From an uncultured Chloroflexia bacterium (GTDB lineage Bacteria > Chloroflexota > Limnocylindria > Limnocylindrales > CSP1-4): a DNA stretch of 64,000 nucleotides. Positions 43,345 to 54,495 of this stretch are shown piece by piece. A program made the translations under genes and the position numbers. Location: the NCBI GenBank assembly GCA_963715085.1, contig CAVQQU010000005.1, forward strand, positions 30,538-94,537. The letters are read 5' to 3'. Within the stretch, counting starts at the first letter, position 1. Every line of letters begins with the position of its first letter. The notes beneath the pieces were generated by a model. That model did not search any database, was not told where the DNA came from, and worked only from the letters and a program-made list of their open reading frames with translations.

Positions 43345-45587
43345 CTACCGCGTGGCCGGGTCGGGCTCGACCAGGAGGCTGGCCGGCAGGCGCTGCACGC
43401 CCGATGGTCCGAGCGCCCACAGGGTGCCGTCGGGGGCGAAGGAGAGGGCGTTGAAGAAGGATCCGGCGAGGAGGAGGCTCCAGCGCCGTCCATCGAAGTG
43501 GGCCAGGCCCTGGCCCGTGGCCACCCACAGGCCTCCGTCCGGAGCGATCGCGAAGCCATTCGGCGCCACCAGGCTTCCGGGCTGCGCCAGATCGTCGGGG
43601 GGGCGGTGGACCGTCCAGGTCGCGCCGTCGTACCGGGCGACTGCCCAGTCCGTCTGGTCGTGGCCGGTGGTGAGCGCCAGGAGATCCCCGTTCGGAGCGA
43701 GGGCCAGGCCGGCGACGTCGCCCAGGTGGTATTCGCCGAGCTGGGACCCCCGGGTCCAGCTCGTGCCGTCGAAGCGGTGCAGCTCCCGGCCCCAGCCCTG
43801 GCTGAGCAGCCACCGCCCACCGTCGGGTGCCCTGACCAGCGCCGCCGGCCAGCCGATCGAGGTCACGGCCGGAAGGGCGTTCCGCACCCAGGCCCGGCCG
43901 TCGAAGCTGAACGAGGCGACGGTCGTCTGGGTGCCCTCCGACGGTCGCTCGCCGACCCAGATCGCGCCGTCGTCGGCGATGGTGACCGCGTGCGCCTCCT
44001 CCTCCGCGAGGACGGTCCAGCGTCCGGCTCGCAGCACCGCCGTGCCCTGGTCCGTCGCCACGGCGAGCGTGCCGTCGGGAGCGCGGTCGACGTCGAAGGC
44101 CCGCATCGGCGGCTTCCAGCCGGCGACCGGGACTCGGGTCCACCTGCCGTCGCGCACGTGCCACAGGCCATCGTCGCTGGCGGCCCACGCTTCGCGGGCG
44201 GAGACCGCCAGCAGCTTCTGCGCCCAGGCCGGGGCCGCGGCCGGCGATCGACCGACCCGCACCCAGCGATCGCCCGAGAGCCGGTAGAAGCCGTCGCGAG
44301 TCGCGGCGATCACGGCCTGGCTCGACGCGGCCACCGCGGTGATGGTGGCCCGATTGGGCTCCGGCGCCGGCAGGCCGTCAGCGCTGTCGTAGACGGTCCA
44401 GGACCCGCCGTCGACATGGGCGACGGCGATCCCGGAGTGCGGACCCCACTCGTCGCCGGGCAGGCTCACCGAGCCCGTTGCCAGCCAGGCCGAGCCGTCC
44501 GGCGCCGCGGCGAGTGAGACGGTCCCGGAGAGGTCGACCGCGTCGGTCGCGGCGCTCGTCCAGGTCTTCGCCTGGTAGTGCCCGAGCCCACCGAATGCCA
44601 ACCAGAGGGATCCGTCGTCCGCTGCCACGAGCGACACCGGCCATGCGTTCGCCCCTCCCCGGTCGGCGGTCCACGCGGGATCGCTCGGCGGGGTCGACCA
44701 CGTCGTGCCGTCGAAGCGGCTGACGTCCGTCGTGAGCTCAGGGGCGACCCACACGCCGCCCGCCGCATCGACGGCGACGTGGGCGATCGTGAACGACGGC
44801 TGCGGGCGGCAGACAGCCGTCCAGGACGTGCCGTCCCAGTGGGACACCACGCCCTGGTCCGCAGGTCCGTCGGCAGGGCCGGCGTTTGCGGCGACCCAGA
44901 GCGACCCGTCGGGAGCCTCGCCGACGTCGACGATCCAGGCGGCCTGGGACGCCGTCGCCGGGGCGGCGATGACGTCGCGGAACTGCTCGCCGTCGAACCA
45001 GGCGATGGTCGACCCGTCCCAGAGCCAGACGCCGCCCTCACGCGCCGGGACGATGCTCCACGCGCCGAAGAGCTCGTCGTCGGCGAACGTCCAGCTCGCG
45101 GTCATGACGCCCCGCGCGTCCAGGCGCGTCAGCCGGCCATTGCCTGTGGCCCAGAAGCCACCCAGGGCATCCGCGACCAGGCTCGGTTCGCCGCCTATCC
45201 AGGGCGTCAGGACGTCAAACCCCGTCGGCGCCAGGGGACGGGGATGGCGGGGGATCGGCGCGGTCAGGGCCGCGATGTGCGGGGGCTACGCAGGGCGGAG
45301 GAGTCGGAGCCGCCACACGGGGCGAGACCGTCGGGCTCCAGCGTGGCGTGGGCGACGGGGCGACCACCGCCGCCGGCGAGGAGCGCGGGGGCGGGCGCGA
45401 CGGGGGTCTTGTTCAGGATGGCGAGTCCGGCGACCGAGGCGACGGCGACGACGACGACAGCCAGGCCCGCCCGGGGCGGGAGGCCTCTCTGCGGCACACG
45501 CGACGGCGGGACCTCGACTGCCACCGTGCTCTCAGCCTCCAGCGTGGTGCGGCCATTGTCCCACCGCGGTACAGGTTGCCGGCCCAT
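43345..45587 (-). pseudogene. Membrane-anchored beta-propeller repeat protein (Reg_prop/WD-like blades), one apparent frameshift near 45270-45290
   Basis: The N-terminal TM anchor (AGLAVVVVAVASVAGLAIL) is in ORF 45264..45587. The propeller frame is open from about 45288 (FDVLTPWIGGEPSLVADALGGFWATGNGRLTRLD...) and runs into ORF 43345..45105, which has many DG-(S/T)-(W/L)-W-(V/L)-A blades. Confidence 0.55.
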
Positions 45588-45630
45588 CCACGCGACGCCG
45601 CCGGCGCCGGTCTCGGCGAGCCGAGCGCCC

Positions 45631-45810
45631 GATCCCGCACAATCGGGGCATGATCCAGCAGCGGGCCTTTGGGCGCACGGGCCGAACCGTGCGCGCGATC
45701 GCAGCCGGCTGCGAAGGGACGCCCGCCGGCGGGCCAGCCCGTCGGATCCCGCACAATCGGGTCATGATTCAGCAGCGTGCCTTCGGGCGGACCGGCCGCG
45801 CCGTGAGCGA
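45631..45810 (+). repeat. Tandem duplication (period 114 nt) of the aldo/keto reductase 5' end
   Basis: GATCCCGCACAATCGGGGCATGATCCAGCAGCGGGCCTTTGGGCGCACGGGCCGAACCGTG (45631) matches GATCCCGCACAATCGGGTCATGATTCAGCAGCGTGCCTTCGGGCGGACCGGCCGCGCCGTG (45745). Both encode MIQQRAFGRTGR and are in frame with each other. Confidence 0.85.
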
Positions 45811-46754
45811 CCTCGGCGTCGGCATGTGGGGGATGGGCGGCGGGGTCGGCGGCTGGACTGGCGCCGACGATCGCCAGAGCATGGCCGTCCTCCAGGCCGC
45901 CGTCGACGCCGGCGTGACCTTCTTCGACTCCGCCCTCGTCTACGGCTACGGCCACACCGACCGGCTGCTCGGCGAGCTCGTCCGGGCGAACCCGGGGCAC
46001 GAGCTCTTCGTCGCCTCGAAGGTGCCGCCCAAGAACCGCGAGTGGCCGTCGAACCCCGGCGACAGGATCCGCGACGTCTTCCCTCCGGACTACGTCCTCG
46101 CCTCCGTGAAGGGGATCCTGCGGCAGCTGCAGATGAAATCGCTCGACCTGGTCCAGTTCCACGTCTGGCAGGACGCCTGGGCCGACGACGAGGGCTGGCA
46201 GCGCGCCGCCGAGGACATCCGCCGCCAGGGGCTGGCCCGGCACGTCGGGATCAGCGTCAACCGGCGCGAGCCGGCCAACGTGCTGCGGACCCTGCGCACC
46301 GGCCTGATCGACGCCGTCCAGGTCGTCTACAACGTCTTCGACCAGTCGCCCGAGGACGAGCTCTTCCCGCTCTGCCGGGAGCTGGGCGTGGCCGTGATCG
46401 CCCGGGTGCCGCTCGACGAGGGAAGCCTGGCGGGCACGCTGACGCTCGACAGCCGCTGGCCGGACGGCGACTGGCGCAACTCCTACTTCGGGCCGGCCGC
46501 GCTGGCGGCCACGATCCCGCGGGTGGAGGCGCTCCGCCCGCTCGTGCCCGAGGGCGAGACGCTGGCCCAGCTCGCGCTCCGCTTCATCCTGTCGAACCCG
46601 GACGTGACCACGGTCATCCCGGGCACGCGCCGGCTCGACCACCTCGCGGCGAACGTCGCCGCGGTCGGCGGCCGGCCCGCTCGCCCCGGACCTGATCGCG
46701 GCCCTCCGGCAGCACCGCTGGGACCGGCCGTCCTCCCGGGCGTCGCTGTCGTAG
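45764..46754 (+). pseudogene. Aldo/keto reductase, one apparent frameshift near 46670
   Basis: MIQQRAFGRTGRAVSDLGVGMWGMGG...FFDSALVYGYGHTD...GISVN...[18 protein letters not shown]. The expected C-terminus ([26 protein letters not shown] stop at 46752-46754) is in the +1 frame. An alternative start lies at 45650. Confidence 0.85.
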
Positions 46755-46805
46755 CGGCGCTGGCGGCCGCGCCCTGGTCTGGGGCCCGCGCCGCGCGGCG
46801 GTCCG

Positions 46806-47735
46806 TCAGCCCCAGAGCGCGTCGATCGACAGGTAGCGCTCGCCCGTGTCGTAGGCGAAGGTCAGGATCCGGGCTGCCGTCCGGCATCGAGGGCAGGAGC
46901 TGCGCCACCGCCGCGAGCGACGCACCGGACGAGACCCCGACCAGGACGCCCTCCTCGCGCGCCGAACGCCGCGCGTAGGCCATCGCGTCCTCTGGCGACA
47001 CCTGGAGGATCCCGTCGAGCAGATCCATCCGCAGAACGCCCGGGACGAACCCGGCGCCGATCCCCTGGATCGGGTGGGCCGAGTGCGAGCCGCCGGAGAG
47101 GACCGGCGAGAGGGTCGGCTCCACCGCGTAGACCTTCAGGCCCGGCCAGCGCTCCTTGAGGACCTCGGCGACCCCGGTGATGTGGCCGCCGGTCCCGACG
47201 CCCGTCACGATGTAGTCGAGCCCGTCGGGGAAGTCGGCCAGGATCTCCTGCGGCCGTCGTCCGGCGGTGGACCGCCGGGTTGGACGGGTTGTCGAACTGC
47301 ATCGGGATCCAGGCGCCGGGGATCTCCGCGGCGAGCTCGTTCGCCCGGGCGATCGCCCCCTTCATCCCGAGCTCGCGCGGCGTCAGCTCCAGCTCTGCGC
47401 CGTAGCCGGTCATCAGCTTCCGGCGCTCGATCGACATCGACTCGGGCATCGTCAGGATCAGCCGGTAGCCCTTCACCGCGCAGACGAGGGCGAGGCCGAT
47501 CCCGGTGTTGCCCGAGGTCGGCTCGATGACGACCGAGCCCGGGCCGAGGATCCCGCGCTGCCTCGGCGTCCTCGATCATCGCCAGCGCGATGCGGTCCTT
47601 GATGCTGCCGCCCGGGTTGGCGCGCTCCATGCTTGAACCAGACCTCGACGCGGGGGTCGAAGAGGCGGTTCACCCGGACGTGCGGGCGTGTTGCCGATGG
47701 TGGCGAGGATGGTCTGGGCCTTCATGGGGCGCTCC
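46806..47735 (-). pseudogene. cysK: Cysteine synthase (O-acetylserine sulfhydrylase), five apparent frameshifts
   Basis: Segments run in frame order 2,0,2,1,0,2: [14 protein letters not shown] / [16 protein letters not shown] / [25 protein letters not shown] / [48 protein letters not shown]... / ...[18 protein letters not shown]...GIGAGFVP...[13 protein letters not shown] / [21 protein letters not shown]. Confidence 0.85.
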
Positions 47736-47809
47736 TTGTCGGATCGGCTTGGCGGCGGCCGGACGGCTGGCGGCGGCCAGCCGCGCGCCGGCCGCGGGTC
47801 GCCGGGCGA

Positions 47810-48665
47810 TCAGATGACGAAGTCGGCGTCCTCGAAGCCGTCGCGGACGCGGCGGATCCGGAGCTGGCTGGACTGGTAGACGATCGAGTCGGGCGGCACG
47901 CTGTTCGTGAGGAAGACGTTGCCGCCGACGACGCTGTCGTCGCCGACGACGGTCTCGCCGCCCAGGACGGTCGCGTTGGCGTAGATCACGACGCGGTTCC
48001 CGATCGTGGGGTGGCGCTTGCGTGCCGGCCGCGCTCTTGGCGACCGAGAGGGCGCCGAGCGTGACGCCCTGGTAGAGCTTGACCTCGTCGCCGATGACGG
48101 CCGTCTCGCCGACCACGACGCCGGTGCCGTGGTCGATGCAGAACGAGCGACCGATCGAGGCGCCCGGGTGGATGTCGATGCCGGTCCGGGTGTGGGCCAC
48201 CTCGGCCAGGAGTCGGGGCAGGATCGGGCACGCCGAGGTGGTGGATCGCGTGGGCGATCCGGTGGATGGCGATGGCCAGGAAGCCCGGGTACGCCGCGAT
48301 CACCTCGTCGACGGATTCGGCGGCCGGGTCGCCGGCACAGATCGCCTCGGCGTCGAGGACGAGGCGGGCGTGGATCTCCGGCAGCGCCTCCGCGAAGGCG
48401 TCGACGACGCGCGCCGCGTCCGCCTCCCCGGCGAGCGGTGCGACGAGACTGCGCAGGTCGCGGCGGGCGAGGACCAGGCGGGCGGCGAGCTCGTCCGGGC
48501 TCGCGGTGGCGTCATCGGAGAGCTGCGGGAAGAGGACGCCGAGGAGCCGTCCGCGAACGCGGCGACGTCGCGCTTGAGCGGGTAGAGGCGGCCGTGCTCG
48601 GAGCGGCCGGCGGCAAGGAGCTCCGCGAACGCGTGCTCGCGGTCGTGGTCGGTGGGCGTGGTCAT
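47810..48665 (-). pseudogene. cysE: Serine O-acetyltransferase, three apparent frameshifts (about 48545, 48225, 48030)
   Basis: MTTPTDHDREHAFAELLAAG... / ...[35 protein letters not shown] / ...[48 protein letters not shown] / ...[36 protein letters not shown]...DFVI. GGAGGAG lies upstream of the ATG. Confidence 0.85.
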
Positions 48666-48678
48666 GGTCTCCTCCGCA

Positions 48679-49195
48679 TCAGCGGTCGGTGTAGCGGATG
48701 GGCGCCGGAACGGCGAGGCCGGCAAGCTGGTCGGTGCGCCGGAAGAGCCGGGCGACGAGCGACGGGACCCACCAGCGCAGGACGTAGAGGCGGCAGCCGA
48801 CGCAGATGCCGGTTGTCGCGAGGAGGACCTGGAGCGCAGCCGACCGCGCCCACGAGGAGCCAGCCCAGCGGCGCGGCGCCCAGGGCGAAGGCGACCGCGG
48901 CCGAGCCCGATGAAGGTGGCCCCGAGGGCCTGGGCGAAGCGCGGCGGGTACTCGTGCTCGAGCTCGGCCGGCGGGCCGAGGCGGAGGGCGCGGCGGACCG
49001 CGCGGCCAGGCGCGGCCCGGGCAGGAAGAGGCGGGTGCCGAACGCGGCCGAGACGGCGAGGTTCAGCCCGACGAGGAGGGCCAGGGCGGGGGCTGACGCG
49101 AGGTAGGCGGCGACCAGGACGACCGCCGAGACGCCGGCGCCGAAGCGCTGGCCGCGCGGGTCGATCCGGCGGGCGGGCGGGGTGAGGATGGACAT
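48679..49195 (-). pseudogene. DUF4395-like membrane protein, three apparent frameshifts
   Basis: MSILTPPARRIDPRGQRFGAGVSAVVLVAAYL... / ...LGPPAELEHEYPPRFAQALGATFIGLG / ...AAVAFALGAAPLGWLLVGAVG / LQVLLATTGICVGCRLYVLRWW... It is the first gene of the cysE-cysK operon. Confidence 0.6.
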
Positions 49196-49499
49196 CGGGG
49201 ACCTCCGGGGACGCGGAACGGCGGGGACACGTGTCGCGGCGCGTGCAATGCACGCGGCCGGCGACGAGGGGAGATCGCGAGGCCCGCGCGAGGGGGCCGG
49301 AGGTCAGCGAGCGATCGCGACCGTGCCCTGCGCCGGCTCTCGCCGGGGACAGGAGCAACAGGTGCCGCTGGAGAAGCGGGGGTCGCGAGGTGCCATGGGC
49401 AAATCATAGTCGGGAACTCGGAATTGCGCGTGCGTGAGCTACGCGTCCCCGGTGCGCCGACGCCATCACGCGGGCCGGCCGTGGCCCGTCCCGCGCTCG

Positions 49500-49933
49500 T
49501 CAGCCGGCGGGCGTCGCCTCGACCGACCTGCGGAGCCGCTCCAGCGTGTCGGGGATGGCGGCCCGCAGCTCCTTCTCGATGCGAGCCGGCCGCCAGCTTG
49601 GCCAGGCCGCGCGGCTCGACGTCCGCATCGACCCCGATCCGCGAGCGCCCCTCGTCCAGCGGCTCCACCGTGCAGGTCGCCGCGATCCGGAAGAGGCCCG
49701 AGGTCGCCTCGATCGAGATCGAGCGCGGCGGGTCGGAGGCCGTCGACGCGCCCGAGCGCCTCGACGCCGATCCCGCCCGGGCCGACGAGCGAGAGGCGTA
49801 TCCCTCCGTCGGCTGTCGGCTCCGCGCGAGAGACGCCGGGGAGCCAGGCCGGGTAGTCCTCGACGCGCGCGACGAACGCGAACGCCGTCTCTGGCGTGAC
49901 ATCGACGTCGAGGTGCTCGCGGAGCCTGATCAC
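49500..49933 (-). pseudogene. SRPBCC (polyketide cyclase/dehydrase-like) protein, two apparent frameshifts
   Basis: MIRLREHLDVDVTPETAFAFVARVEDYPAWLPGVSRAEPTADGG / ...SISIEATSGLFRIAATCTVEPLDEGRSRIGVDADVEPRGLAKLAAG / IEKELRAAIPDTLERLRRSVE. Confidence 0.6.
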
Positions 49934-50175
49934 GCCGAGAGCCTAGCAGGAGGCGCGCACATGGCTGCGGCTCTCGGAGGCCGCTGCGGCGGACGACCCG
50001 GGCAGATGGCCCTCGGCGCGGGGGGCCGTCCGTCCGCCGATGCGGGCCGCCGGGCACTTGGCGGGCTGCCTCCCGACGGCGACGCTCGCCGGGCGAGGCA
50101 GCGCCGGACGGCGCCCTGCTGGGCGACCCGCTGCAGCCTGCCCGTGAGCCTTGCCCCGACACACCTGGAGCTTCC

Positions 50176-50778
50176 ATGACCCCGTCCCGACTCGTCCGCG
50201 CCGCCGGCGCGATGCTCTTCGTCGCCGGAGCCGTGATCCTGATGGGGATCATCTCGGCCGAGGCGCTCTACCCGGCGCCCTACACCACCGGCGGCAACGA
50301 GATCAGCGACCTGGGCGGCACCGAGCCGCCGGCGGCGATCGTCCTCCAGCCTTCGGCCACGATCTTCAACCTGACGATGATGGCGGCGGGCGCGCTGGTG
50401 CTCGCCGGGGCGGCCTGCCTCCAGCTCGGGCTGCGGCGCTGGTCCATCTCCCTGGTGGTGGCCGCCATGGGGGCCGGAGCTCTCGGCGTCGGGGTCTTCC
50501 CGGGCAACACGGGCGGCATCCACGCCCTCTTCGCCATGTTGACGTTCGTCGGCGGTGGCCTCGCCGCCATCGTCACGGCGCGGGCGACCCGGCCGCCGTT
50601 CCGGTACCTGTCCATCGCCCTGGGCGTGATCTCGCTCGGCTCGCTGCTCTCGTACGTCCTGATGGGCGAGGGGACGCCGCTCATGCCGCTCGGGATCGGG
50701 GGCGTGGAGCGCTGGGTCGCCTATCCCATCGTGATCTGGGTGACCGGGTTCGGCGGCTACCTCTCCGCGCGGACCTGA
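50176..50778 (+). CDS. DUF998-like integral membrane protein (intact)
   Basis: 200 aa with about 6 TM segments. The family name is from memory. Confidence 0.55.
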   Translation: MTPSRLVRAAGAMLFVAGAVILMGIISAEALYPAPYTTGGNEISDLGGTEPPAAIVLQPSATIFNLTMMAAGALVLAGAACLQLGLRRWSISLVVAAMGAGALGVGVFPGNTGGIHALFAMLTFVGGGLAAIVTARATRPPFRYLSIALGVISLGSLLSYVLMGEGTPLMPLGIGGVERWVAYPIVIWVTGFGGYLSART

Positions 50779-50871
50779 CCTGGAAGCCACCGAGCACGAA
50801 ACCCACCGCGTCCCCCCTGGCCCGCCACTTCCCCTCTCGACGCCGGGCGCCGGGCGCGCCACACTCCGGCG

Positions 50872-53800
50872 GTGAACTGCGGAGCGTGCGGAAGCGAGAA
50901 TCGACCGGGGCGGAAGTTCTGCCGGTCGTGCGGCGCCGCCATGGCCACGACCTGCCCGGCCTGTGGCGCGGCCAACGACCCGGAGGACCGCTTCTGCGGC
51001 GATTGTGGCGCCGACATCGGCGGATCCGGGGCTGCCGGCGGCCTGGGTGCACCGGCGGCCAGCGGCCAGGCTCGCGCGCCATCCCGCCCGGCGCCGGCTC
51101 GCCGGCCGGCGGCGCGGCGGCTGCGACCGAGCGCCGGCTCGTCAGCGTCCTCTTCGCCGATCTCGTCGGCTTCACGACCCTGGCCGACGACAGCGACCCG
51201 GAGGCCGTCCGCGAGTTCCTCGGCCGCTACTTCGACGTCGCCCGCGAGGTCGTGGAGCGGTACGGCGGCGCGGTCGAGAAGTTCATCGGCGACGCGGTCA
51301 TGGCCGTCTGGGGCACGCCGACCGTCCGCGAGGACGACGCCGAGCGGGCCGTGCGCGCCGCGCTGGACCTCGTGGCCGCGGTGCCGGGCCTCGCGGCGCC
51401 CGGCGAGGATCGCCCGCAGGCACGGGCCGCGGTGCTGACCGGCGAGGCTGCGGCGGTCGTCGGGGCGCAGGGCCAGGGGATGGTGGCCGGCGATCTCGTG
51501 AACACCGCCTCGCGGCTCCAGGCGGCCGCGCCCGCCCGGCACCGTGCTCGTGGGCGAGGCGACGCTGCGCGCGGCCGGCGAGGCGATCGTCTTCGAGGCC
51601 GCGGGCGAGCAGCTCCTGCGGGGCAAGACTGCGCCGGTCCCGGCGTGGCGCGCCGTCCGGGTCGTCGCCGGGCGCCGCGGGGCGGGCCGGAGCAGCCGGG
51701 TCGAGCCGCCCTTCGTGGGCCGCGACGAGGAGCTGCAGCTCCTCAAGGACCTACTCCACGCGACGACCCGCGATGGCCGCGCCCGCCTCGCCTCGGTCGT
51801 GGGGATGGCCGGGATCGGGAAGAGCCGCCTCGCGTGGGAGCTGGAGAAGTACGTCGACGGCGTTGCGGCCGACATCTACTGGCACCGCGGTCGCTCCCCG
51901 GCGTACGGCGAGGGCCTTGCCTTCTGGGCCCTCGGCGAGATGGTCCGCGAGCGGGCCGGCATCGCCGAGAGCGACGACGCGCGCGACGTCGCGGCAGAAG
52001 CTGGCGGCCACGCTCCGCGAGTACGTCGCCGACGCGTCGGAGCGGACCTGGATGGAGCCCCGCCTCGCGGCCCTCCTCGGGCTGGAGGCGGCGCCCCCCG
52101 GCGAGCGCGAGGAGTTCGAGGCCGCCTGCCGGACCCTCTTCGAGCGGATCTCGGAGCGCGGCACCGTCGTCCTCGTCTTCGAGGAGCTCCAGTGGGCCGA
52201 CCCGGCGCTCCTCGACTTCATCGAGACCGATCACCGACCGCTCGCGCGCGCGGCCCATCCTCGTCGTCACCCTGTCGCGCCCCGACCTGCTCGAGCGGCG
52301 ACCGACCTGGGGCGCCGGCCTGCGCAGCTTCTCGAACCTCCCCCTCGACCCGCTCGGCGCCCGACGAGGTGGAGATGCTCCTCGTCGGCCTCGCCCCGGG
52401 GCTCCCGGCGACGGCCATCGCGGCGATCGTCGAGCGCGCCGAGGGGATCCCGCTCTACGCGGTCGAGATGGTCCGGATGCTCCTGGACCAGGGCGTCCTG
52501 CGCGAGCGCGAGGGCCGCTACCACCTCGACGGCGAGCTGGGCCCGCTGGCCATCCCGGCGACGCTGGCCGGGCCTCCTCGGGTCGCGGCTCGACGGGCTG
52601 ACGGAGCCGGAGCGGCATGCTCATCGGGCACGCGGCGGTGCTGGGCCAGTCCTTCACCGTCCGGGCGCTGGCGGCGGCGACGGGGCACTCCCCGGAGCAC
52701 CTGGGGGCCACGCTCGACGCGCTCGTCCGCAAGGAGATCCTCGACCTCGAGCAGGACCCCCGCTCGCCCGAGCGCGGCCAGTACCACTTCGTCCAGGGGC
52801 TCATCCGCGAGGTCGCCTACGAGCGGCTGGCCAGGCGCGACCGGCTGGCCCGCCACCTGGCCGCGGCACGCTACTTCGAGGAGCTCGACGACCCGGAGCT
52901 GGCCGGGATCGTGACGACGCACTACCTGGAGGCCCACCGGCTGTCCCCGGAGGGCGCGGAGCGCGACGAGATCGCGGCGAAGGCGCGGACGACGCTCCTC
53001 GACGCGGCCGCGCGCTCGCGGGACCTGCACGCCTACGCCAGCGAGCAGCGCTTCCTCGAGCAGGCCCTTGCCTTCGCGGCCGATCCGGCCGACGAGCGGG
53101 AGATCCTGACCCGGCTCGCCGACGCGGCCTTCGACGGCGGCGAAGGAGCTGGCCGAGTTCGACCGGGCGGAGGGGTTCGCGCGTCGCGCGCTCGAGGCCG
53201 CGCGCGCCGGCGGCGACCCGGCCGCAACGGCCCGGGCGTACACGACGCTGGCGAGCATCCTCGCCTCGAACAACCACGCCAAGGAAGCCCGGGACATCCT
53301 GCGCCAGGCCGTCGACGAGCTCGCGGGCCGGGCGCCCGACGCCGACATGGTGCGGCTGGAGGCCGAGCTGGGCCGCGCCTACCTGATGTCGGGCCAGCCG
53401 GACGCTGGCGCTGCCCGTCATCGAGCAGGCGCTGGTGCGCGCGGAGGCCACCGCCCAGCTCGAGTCGATCGCGGAGCTGCTCGTCAGCCGCGCCTGGGCG
53501 GTGACCCGGGCCGGCCGCCCACGCGAGGCGCTGGTGCTCCTGCGCGGCGTCGTCCCGTTCTGCGACGAGCACGACTTCCTGAACGCCCGGATGCGCTGCG
53601 CCATGAACCTCTCGGCCTGGGAGATCGGTGGACAACCCGCGGCGGGCGATGGCAGCGGCGTCGCGGGACTCGCGATCGCGCGTCGCCGCCGGCTCGCCGG
53701 CTGGGCCGGCGCGCTCGCCGGCAACTGGGCCGAGGGCGCCTTCGAGGTGGGGGAGTGGGACGCGATCCTGGCCCTCGCCGCCGACCTCGACGCGGAGGGG

Positions 53801-54428
53801 CTGCTGCCGGTCGACGAGAGCGCCAACATCTTCGTGGGCGTCTACCTCGTCCGCGCCTACCGTGGCGCGGTCGACGAGGCGACCGCCGCCCTGGAGCGCG
53901 TCCTCGGGCCCGCAGATGGACGACTATCCAGGTCGGCTGCGCGGCTACCACGACGCGTTCGCCCACCTGCGCTTCGCCGCGGGCGACGACGAGGCGATGC
54001 GGCAGCACGCGGCGGAGCTCCTCGGCTAGCCGCGAGATGTACCCGTACGACGCCATCCCGGCTGCCCGGGCATCGCTCTGGCTGCGCGACGCCGCCGGCA
54101 TGCGCGAGGTGCTGGGCGAGCGCGACGTCTCCGCGGGTACGCGCGACCGATCTCCGCTTCGCGGCGATCCGGGCCGGCCTGGCCGCCCTCGAAGGCCGCC
54201 CCGACGATGCCCGCGCGGCCTACCTGGCCGCCGAGTCAGGCCTCCGCGAGCTCGGCATCCGCTTCGAGCTGGGGCTCGCCCTGCTCGAGCACGCCGTCTT
54301 CCTCGCCGGCGATGCGTCCGCCCGCGCGGCGGACCGAGGAGGCGCGGGCGATCTTCGAGGAGCTGGGGGCGACCACCCTGCTCGCGCGGCTGCCGGCCGG
54401 GGTTCCCTCCGCCACGCTCGCAGACTGA
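50872..54428 (+). pseudogene. Large signalling protein: double zinc ribbon + class III adenylate/guanylate cyclase + AAA/STAND-type ATPase + TPR-like C-terminus, about 13 frame changes
   Basis: MNCGACGSENRPGRKFCRSCG...CPACGAAN...FCGDCG. Cyclase part: RRLVSVLFADLVGFTTLAD...EKFIGDAVMAVWG...GDLVNTASRLQ. P-loop: FVGRDEELQLL...VVGMAGIGKSRL. Also VLVFEELQWADPALLDFIE and AEGIPLYAVEMVRML, then helical repeats ending ...IFEELGATTLLARLP. The pieces alternate among all three frames. Confidence 0.8.
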
Positions 54429-54495
54429 CCCGTCTCGGCGGGGGCTGAGCGCGTGACGGACAACCCGGCACGCCGCGCCCGTACGATGAGCGGCG

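Noticed and set aside
49196-49440. A SAM or other sulfur-metabolite riboswitch in the 5' region of the DUF4395-cysE-cysK operon.
   Set aside because: I could not find the conserved SAM-I or SAM-IV cores in the sense-strand sequence. There is only a weak -10-like TATGAT in a slightly lower-GC patch.
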